DNA of 63,781 nucleotides, the filler included, from Trichomonas gallinae (lineage: Eukaryota), in the NCBI GenBank assembly GCA_008369845.1. It is 6 parts of 6 records of this genome, joined end to end, with 100 filler letters (N's around TTAATTAATTAA, not from the genome) between each part and the next. Parts side by side here need not be neighbours in the genome. Positions count along the whole stretch, not along the records: positions 53,941 to 59,449 come from MRSU01000910.1; positions 59,550 to 60,891 come from MRSU01000932.1; positions 60,992 to 62,529 come from MRSU01000934.1; positions 62,630 to 63,781 come from MRSU01001002.1; 2 more parts are not named here. The stretch is one strand, 5' to 3'. Position 1 is the first letter of the stretch; each line of letters opens with the position of its first letter. Under the pieces are notes generated by a model that had not been told where the DNA came from, did no database searches, and saw only the letters and a list, made by a program, of their open reading frames with translations. Below are positions 56,103-63,781 of this stretch, one piece after another. The position numbers and the translations under genes were made by a program.

Positions 56103-56546
56103 ATGAAAGAAAACTCTCCTGAAAAAGATAATGAAAAAAAGTGCCAAATGCAGGGACCTACTGGGATAAGTTCAGAAAGTTTAATCAACTTGATGCAGAA
56201 AAAAGCAAAAATTGGTGTTGTTGACGTCATGGACTCCGACTTTGGCGAATATGGTGTCATAAAAAACGCAATTCATTTTCCATATTATAATATAAACGAC
56301 TCAACAGCTGAAGATTTACTAAATTCTACTCTCAAAAACAATAAATACGATAAATTAGTATGTTACTGCAAGTTTGGAAAGGCCAGATCAGTGATGGCGT
56401 CAAACAAAATCGCTGAGATTGCAGCAAATATGAAATTGGATGAAGGCAAAGAAGTCACATTTCTAAAAGGAGGAATATGTACGTTTATCACAACTGAAGG
56501 CTCGCAAGATTTTCTTGAAAACGCAAAGAACTATAATTTCATGTAA
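56103..56546 (+). CDS. Rhodanese-fold Cdc25/Acr2-like protein (paralogue 1)
   Basis: VVDVMDSDFGEYGVIKNAIHFP, CKFGKAR (CX5R), FLKGGI. The true start may be the second ATG (56148, MQGP) by alignment with paralogue 2. Confidence 0.8.
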   Translation: MKENSPEKDNEKKCQMQGPTGISSESLINLMQKKAKIGVVDVMDSDFGEYGVIKNAIHFPYYNINDSTAEDLLNSTLKNNKYDKLVCYCKFGKARSVMASNKIAEIAANMKLDEGKEVTFLKGGICTFITTEGSQDFLENAKNYNFM

Positions 56547-58549
56547 AAAGATAAAGGAACAGTCTTATTTAGCTGTATAAATGCATTGCATCTCAAACAA
56601 ATTTCATCATATCTGTTTTCATTAATAGCGAAAAATCGTCACTAAACTACAGAGTGTTTCATCACTACATCATGCATAGAATACAAAATCTCTGTATTAA
56701 ATTTACTTTTCAGACTTACTTTACAAATTATGTCGATACCGAAGTATTGTTTTATAAACTTTTACTTTCTATCATATCTATTGTTTATATTAAAGAAATG
56801 TAGTTAATATGCTTGAATATATTTCTAATTTCCGTATAAATATCGAAAAAAAAAAAATTAAATTAGTTCATGTCCCTCCGGTATTTGAAAAATTTGACAT
56901 ACTCATCATAAGGATCCTATTTCTTAAATATAATAAAAACATTAAAATGTATTTTCGATCGTGAGCATGATAAATATGTAGCAAATTTAATATATTTTTA
57001 GAGAAATTATTATTTTTGAATTTGGAGAAAGCTTTTATTCACAAAATCAATCGACAGAGTTAATATATAATCTATAATAAGTATAGTTATAAAGAAATAA
57101 ATTCTTAAAAATGAATATTGAACGAAATAAATTTGATATTTTGAAAAGTTTAGTTTATTAAAGCAATTACATATAATAATATTATTTTATGCCAGATATC
57201 TAGATCATATATCAGGTATATTATAGATGGTACCATTTATATTGGGTTAATCTATTTTACCATGAACAAGGTGTATATGCTGATCTGCATATTTATAGAT
57301 TGTTAGGGAAAATAATGATCATTATGCGTTCAAAATCGGAGATGAGCATATATCCCAATCATGGATGTTATATTGCAAATAAAAAGATATAGTAAAAGCC
57401 TAAATCAAATAGATTTGAGCAAAGAAAAGCTTTATGGTAAAGTTACTAGTCGAAGCTCCATTAATGATATCTTCACTTCTCATAAAGTAGATATTGACCT
57501 CAGTATTGTTGATCATGCATCAGTAAATGGCCATACTATTAAGTGTCAAAGATTTTTTGGATGCATGAATGGTAGTTATTATTTGGTAATTTCGAAAAGC
57601 AAATTATTTAAGGTTTGATCAATATACATTTGCATTACATATACTTGAGCTCTTTTTAGTAATTCGCTTTTCGTTTTATTCTGACTTGTGAAAGGATTTT
57701 GATTTTTGATCCCGGGAAATGGGAATGACATGTTGACAAACAGTTGTGCTTCAATAATAAAGCCAAATTTCGCCTTTTGCGCGTAAATGTCACATGAATC
57801 TGATTGAATAAAATCAAATTTGACTTTTAAGTTATGTCGTTTCGTACATAGATTCATTGACACGAGTGTAAATGATATCAACAGCTGTCCTCAGCCATCA
57901 TCTAAAATTCGTTATAAAGATCATGAAATAAAATTGAAATCATCATAAACGATTATTTTCAATTGAAATTTCATTGCAATTTAATTTAAAAATAATCATA
58001 AGACTGAATATAATAGTCTTCACGCATTTTTACATGTTGCTATCACGCCCGTAAAATAACAAAAATCAGGGATCACAACATAAAGCGTTGGCATTTATAC
58101 AGTCATTATAAAACTAGTGATATAATTTTTAAGCGTTTATCTTTAGTGCGGAATAAAAACGCTTGGGGATCATTTTTTATCAATTTCAAAAATAAAAATG
58201 CCTTAATACTATTATTATCAGGATTATGATTATTTTTATAGTAAATTTTTTTTAAATGGATTTGAATTTTGATTTTAAAAGTATTGAATATCATCGTTTT
58301 CCCAACTTCTTATAATAACACGAATAAACACAAATAGAAGCTAAATAGTCCAAAATTAAAGAGATTGGTCAATTTATTTTCAAAATATTGATTGAAATAT
58401 TTTCAATTTTTTCTCGATAAATTGTCAAAATCTCTCAGCAAATCTTTTGTATTTTGGGTCTATGGGCTATATTGGATAATATTTTCGGACTGATTTTCGT
58501 CACTTTTGGTTTGAAGTTTTAGGGATCACGGGATCATAAAAGTGTCATA

Positions 58550-58957
58550 ATGCAAGATTTCGTTCCAAGCGGTGTTACTGCAGAAGGACTCATCCAGATG
58601 CTCCACAAGCATACAAAGATATGTGTCATTGATGTTAGAGATGCTGACTTCGGTGATTACGGAGTGATCAAGGGTGCAATTCACCTTCCTTTCTTCAAGC
58701 TCAATGAGGATTCTGTTACAGATATAATATGCACCGCAATAGAAGACAACCATTGTGAAAAGATTGTTTGCTACTGCGAATTCGGAAGAGCAAGATCTGT
58801 TCTTGCTTCACACAAAATCGTCGAGGTTGCTAAAACATTAGAAATTGATGCCGACAAGCAAATCACATTCCTCAAGGGAGGAATTAGCACATTTGTATCT
58901 ACAGAAGGATCAAAGGAGTTCCTTGATAATGTTAGACATAGTCATTTCGAAGAATAA
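58550..58957 (+). CDS. Rhodanese-fold Cdc25/Acr2-like protein (paralogue 2)
   Basis: VIDVRDADFGDYGVIKGAIHLP, CEFGRAR (CX5R), FLKGGI. Confidence 0.82.
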   Translation: MQDFVPSGVTAEGLIQMLHKHTKICVIDVRDADFGDYGVIKGAIHLPFFKLNEDSVTDIICTAIEDNHCEKIVCYCEFGRARSVLASHKIVEVAKTLEIDADKQITFLKGGISTFVSTEGSKEFLDNVRHSHFEE

Positions 58958-59869
58958 TTTTCCTATCCGATTCATCTGATTATGTTTGATAGTAAAATTA
59001 TTAAGGTTCTGTTTATTAATTTTTCGTTTCTGGACTTCATTAAACTGCAAACGGCTGCTTTTATTTACTATTTATGACTGCAAAACTTTTGCTCTATTCA
59101 TTCGTGTGCTTATTGTTACAAGATTTCAGTTTTAATATCAATTAATTATCAAAATTAATTCATCAAGAAAAAAGTTTCAAAAAATTGATGTTGGGATGAT
59201 TTAAGCAAAGGGATTGATCTTTTTATTGACCTTTGACTATCAAAGCAGCTCATTTTTAAATTTTTTTGAAAAATTAAAGGGTTTCCGATTCATAACCTTA
59301 TTCGAAAATTTGGCTCCCGAGTTACTTCAAGTTAATCTATTAGATTGTTTAATATATTAACTACAAACATGTAACAGCAAAAATTAATGAACACAATATA
59401 AGCTATATATTACAGGAAGTAAACAGTGTTTTTTTGGAAAATTACAGAGNNNNNNNNNNNNNNNNNNNNNNNNNNNNNNNNNNNNNNNNNNNNTTAATTA
59501 ATTAANNNNNNNNNNNNNNNNNNNNNNNNNNNNNNNNNNNNNNNNNNNNATAAATATTGAACTTTACATATTAGTTTTAGCGAATCATATTGAATACATG
59601 TAAATTTGGCAGAAAAGAAATTAGCTTTCTTATATTACAGAGAATAAATATTAAATTTAATATGATTTATTTATTAAATGATAAAATTATGACATGTAAA
59701 CTAAATTTACATAAAAAAAAAATATAAAAACGTGCCAAAAGCTAGTGAACATTTGGAAATTTTGTTCCAATATGGAAACATTAATTACAATGTAATATGT
59801 AATAGATACTATTAATGTTAAACGATATTCTTCGTTTTCAATACAATTTTTTTAAAAAAAGAAAAAATT

Positions 59870-59941
59870 TGAGGCCGAAGAGAGTCGAACCCCCAACCTT
59901 GAGATCTGGAGTCTCACGCAATGCCATTATGCTACAGCCCC
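59870..59941 (-). tRNA. tRNA-Trp (CCA)
   Basis: Reverse complement folds as a cloverleaf: GGGGCTG/CGGCCTC acceptor, TGAGA-CT-CCA-GA-TCTCA anticodon arm, GTTCGACTC T-loop; followed by a T-run terminator. Confidence 0.92.
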
Positions 59942-60056
59942 TCACATTTTCCTTATTTAAATTTAATTACTAATAGTATTCTATTTTAATCTGATATTAT
60001 GTTTTCTTTCTTTACTAGCAATATGAAAGAATTAGTTAAAAATGCATAATAAACAT

Positions 60057-60890
60057 TTATACCGCATTGGCAATAAACCATCCAAGGATAATAGATTCTC
60101 CATTCATTCTTCGTGGGGGTGCAATATGTGAATCAAGATTTGGTGTCGGCCGAGGGGTCATCATAGGCGTCCTAATCGGTGATTGAGTTGGCGACTTTGC
60201 AGGTGTTGTTTGTGGAGTACTCGATGGTGTAATTAATGGCGTTAGTGAAGGAGTAATCGATGGAGTTATTAAAGGAGTTGATGATGGTGTTGATCTAGGA
60301 GTACTTGAAGGAGTTGATGATGGTGTCGATCTAGGAGTACTCGATGGTGTAATTAATGGCGTTAGTGAAGGAGTAATCGATGGAGTTATTGAAGGAGTTG
60401 ATGATGGTGTTGATCTAGGAGTACTTGAAGGAGTTGATGATGGTGTGATCGATGGTGTGATTGCTGGCGTCATTGATGGTGTCACAGATGGTGTTGTGCG
60501 AGGTGTTAAAGCCGGTGTCATTCTTGGAGATTGTCTTGGAGTTGTATTTGGTGTTGCTGCTGGTGTTGGCGTTGGGAATAACACGTTAGAGATTGGATTA
60601 GATCTGAATCTACTATTGCCATTCAACTTGATTCTGCAAAATCTTTCAGGCGCTGGACACCAAATAGTTTTAGTTACTTGATAGTTGTTTTCATCTATCT
60701 GATTGTAAACATATTGCTGTCCTTCTTCTGTGCAGTTTAACCACACATTTGCACCTGTTTGCATGTTTGTTATGAAGTTGATCTTAAAGCTAGAATAGCC
60801 ATCACATACATAATCACCGCATACATCATCAGAATATACAGTCATTCCAGGAATTGTAGCTTTATTTTCTGGGCAGTAATATCCTGGATA
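60057..60890 (-). CDS. 3' fragment of probable GP63/leishmanolysin-like or similar secreted protein with TP-rich stalk; 5' truncated by gap
   Basis: Frame open to the gap (YPGYYCPENKATIPGMT...); Cys-rich end WCPAPERFCR; long run of TPx(x) repeats. The catalytic HExxH is not visible. Confidence 0.55.
   Translation of the reverse strand, partial: YPGYYCPENKATIPGMTVYSDDVCGDYVCDGYSSFKINFITNMQTGANVWLNCTEEGQQYVYNQIDENNYQVTKTIWCPAPERFCRIKLNGNSRFRSNPISNVLFPTPTPAATPNTTPRQSPRMTPALTPRTTPSVTPSMTPAITPSITPSSTPSSTPRSTPSSTPSITPSITPSLTPLITPSSTPRSTPSSTPSSTPRSTPSSTPLITPSITPSLTPLITPSSTPQTTPAKSPTQSPIRTPMMTPRPTPNLDSHIAPPRRMNGESIILGWFIANAV
60214..60446. repeat. 120-bp near-perfect tandem duplication within the 12-bp-periodic TP-repeat coding region
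   Basis: 60214-60326 and 60334-60446 differ at about one position. Confidence 0.85.
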
Positions 60891-60991
60891 ANNNNNNNNN
60901 NNNNNNNNNNNNNNNNNNNNNNNNNNNNNNNNNNNTTAATTAATTAANNNNNNNNNNNNNNNNNNNNNNNNNNNNNNNNNNNNNNNNNNNN

Positions 60992-61332
<341 letters not shown>

Positions 61333-62629
61333 TCAATCCTTTTCATAGCAAAAAACGTATTTCTATCGTCAAATATTTTTATAGTCACTAAATTATCTGC
61401 TATACATTTTTCCCATTGTTTTAAACCAATTCAATAAGATTTCAAATTGAATACTTACATTGAATTTTTAATAGTAAACGGACCAAATCAAAATTACATT
61501 ATGATTTCTGCATCATTATGATTGATACAATACATTAATACATTATCCATAAAAATTAAATCATTTGATAAATTTTTTCGTCCACATTAATAGAAACATC
61601 TCACTAAGTAGATATTTTCATCAACGAAGCTTTTCGGAGTTTTGCTTGAAAAAATAACTTTTCAATGTTATCAAATTTCAGATTCGATTCATACAAAATA
61701 TTATATACTTCATTTTGAGCAATATATTAAAAAATTAACGATAATAATTTTCAAATGTTTACAAAATGTAAACCTAAATTATTATTTATTTAATCTGCCT
61801 TTTTACTGGTTCTTTTGCAGTTAAACAAAAAGTGATTTTAAATGAGCCTGTCTTTTGGAGATAGATGTGGTTGCAAAATATAAAAATATCGGCGAAAAAT
61901 AAAGTCATCGTAATTGAAGGACTTTAAATCCATCTGACCTGATATCAATAAAAACGATTGCATCAAAGAAATGACGTTTTTGCCGATAAAATTGATGAGA
62001 TATCTAATGAAAAGTCATCGTTTTTTTATTTCTCAGGCTTGAGACACTGATTAAATAGTATCTTATGAACTATAGATATTATCTCAGTAAAAGCTGATCG
62101 CTAACTATTTATTCATTTTTTGAGAATTTTTTATTGTTATTATTATACCAAACCATAATAATATTATTTATATACACATCCTATATATTCGACTGCAAAA
62201 CTTTACTACATAAAAACAATGAATCATTTCAAAAAAAAAAATCATCAATTTGTTTTATTATTCTCATAACTTGTAATTTACATTTACATACACATATTAA
62301 CTTATTCATAATACCAAAACAAAAGTCTGAGATAATGATTTTATCAACACAATTAAATCATATAAAATCGCACAAACACAAATATATTATCATATTAGTG
62401 CTATATATGTATTTGGTAAATATAAAAATATCATATTTGTAAAATTGTTATAATATAGTGGAATCAAAAAATAGGCCTAGACGATAAATATTGAGGGGGA
62501 GGATTATGTATTGTAAGCACTTTTTGTGANNNNNNNNNNNNNNNNNNNNNNNNNNNNNNNNNNNNNNNNNNNNTTAATTAATTAANNNNNNNNNNNNNNN
62601 NNNNNNNNNNNNNNNNNNNNNNNNNNNNN

Positions 62630-63400
62630 ATGAAAATCATTAAATCCTCTCATTTCTCCAGCTCGGAGGCAAGCGAAGCTTGCTGGCACGAGCTCATTTG
62701 TGTGTGTGTGCAATTGTTCTCTTGCGGATGCAGACTAGATGATGCTGACATGTTTGTACACCACTTCAAACAACAGAAGAAGAGTTTCCGCTAAGTCAAA
62801 ATAATTCTTCAGGAACTGCAGAAGTATAGATGTTCTGCATCTTTGCTCCGTTGCTATTCTTAAATAAGAGACAAAATGTCGACTGACACAAATGTTAGGA
62901 CAAAATGACCATGTTGAATAGTCTTGAACAATAATTTGTTCATCAAAACTATAAGCTGTAGCAAGTTTCTACTGCAAAGCAAGTTCGGGTACGATTGTTA
63001 CAGATTCATGAGCATTATTTTGCAATTCGTAAAATATAATAGTAGATTCGTTCATAAAGTCCTCAATCACTTAAGGTGCTCTCTTCTTGACCAATATTTT
63101 GAATCTTCGATTTGTATGAATCATGGTTTCATCTGTGTTATATATTGATGATGCACCCCTGTTGAGTTTAACTTCGAAGTAATCAAAGTCGCGAGTAAAA
63201 ATGCTGTTTTGCGATTCTTTCTATTGCTACTTGTGTTACTAGAACTAACGGCGTGCTGATGCAATTTAAGTCTTCATCATTACAGTCTAAAAATGGCATG
63301 CATCCCATAATTTGACATGGCTCTCAGTTCATAGTCAATGCAGTTCTAAGGATGGATGATTCAACGCCATCTTTCGATACGGAAAAATCTGTAGAAATTT
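62630..63400 (-). mobile_element. Decayed DDE (pogo/Tc5/DDE_1-like) transposase remnant
   Basis: Minus strand SIYNTDETMIHTNRRFKILVKK at 63149-63085 (typical first-D NxDET motif); later KLRLPPSWRNERI; many stops and frameshifts. Boundaries uncertain. Confidence 0.5.
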
Positions 63401-63673
63401 CGCAAATTGTGGTACCTCGGAGCTTTGCTATCATGATATCAAGCTATAATTGTTTAAGTATGCCGAACAATTTAAGATTATTGTATTATTGCAGTTTTTA
63501 GAGATAGTCAACTTGCATTTTAAGGCGACTGTCCTGTACCGAAATTTGGAACCAAAAACCGTAAGGTTTACATATCAAATCTGACATGTAAAGTGATCAA
63601 AAACTGACAGACTGTTTTAAAACAGGGGCATATAATCTAGATTTCATCTTTTTTAGACACGAGTAAGAGCGAG

Positions 63674-63735
63674 TGCCACTTGTCTTCAGCAGAGTGTCAT
63701 ATTACATCATGACACTCTGCTGCAGACAAGTGGCA
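63674..63735. repeat. 27-bp inverted repeat (1 mismatch) with 8-nt loop
   Basis: TGCCACTTGTCTTCAGCAGAGTGTCAT-attacatc-ATGACACTCTGCTGCAGACAAGTGGCA. Confidence 0.92.
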
Positions 63736-63781
63736 TCAATTTCTGTTGATCTCGCTCGAAATCTAAATTCATCGAAGTTTA

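Noticed and set aside
57361..57881. Short ORFs between the rhodanese paralogues
   Set aside because: No recognisable motif; may be decayed coding sequence but this cannot be supported.
61844..62040. Loose inverted repeats (ATCGGC..AAAAA..GTCAT / ATGAC..TTTTTGCCGAT)
   Set aside because: Short and gapped; insufficient to call a MITE.

Overview
Eukaryotic, AT-rich draft scaffold with no introns apparent, almost certainly from a parabasalid (Trichomonas-like). Evidence: BspA-type LRR protein, IBP39-type initiator-binding domain protein, R2R3 Myb, DUF3447/ankyrin remnant, trichomonad-type alpha-tubulin with a TCACT initiator, and large TM-PAS-cyclase-like proteins. It holds about 27 protein-coding genes (three truncated by gaps), one tRNA-Trp(CCA), an ankyrin pseudogene, a probable decayed DDE transposase, several small repeats and hairpins, and five artificial 100-bp N/TTAATTAATTAA contig linkers, so adjacency across gaps is unproven. 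No prokaryotic-type system (CRISPR, operon) is present. The most notable unexplained signals are: (i) a recurrent 11-bp TTTAC(A/G)(T/C)G(T/A/G)CA element clustered just upstream of many start codons; (ii) several apparent pseudo-enzymes (a convergent pair of cyclase-dead TM receptors, a CHD-like protein without DEAH or arginine fingers, a CaaX-tailed phosphoesterase-like protein); (iii) a G-rich repeat and mirror-motif architecture between SAM50 and a TMF-like golgin; (iv) a near-perfect 27-bp hairpin. All family calls come from motif recognition by eye, not database searches.
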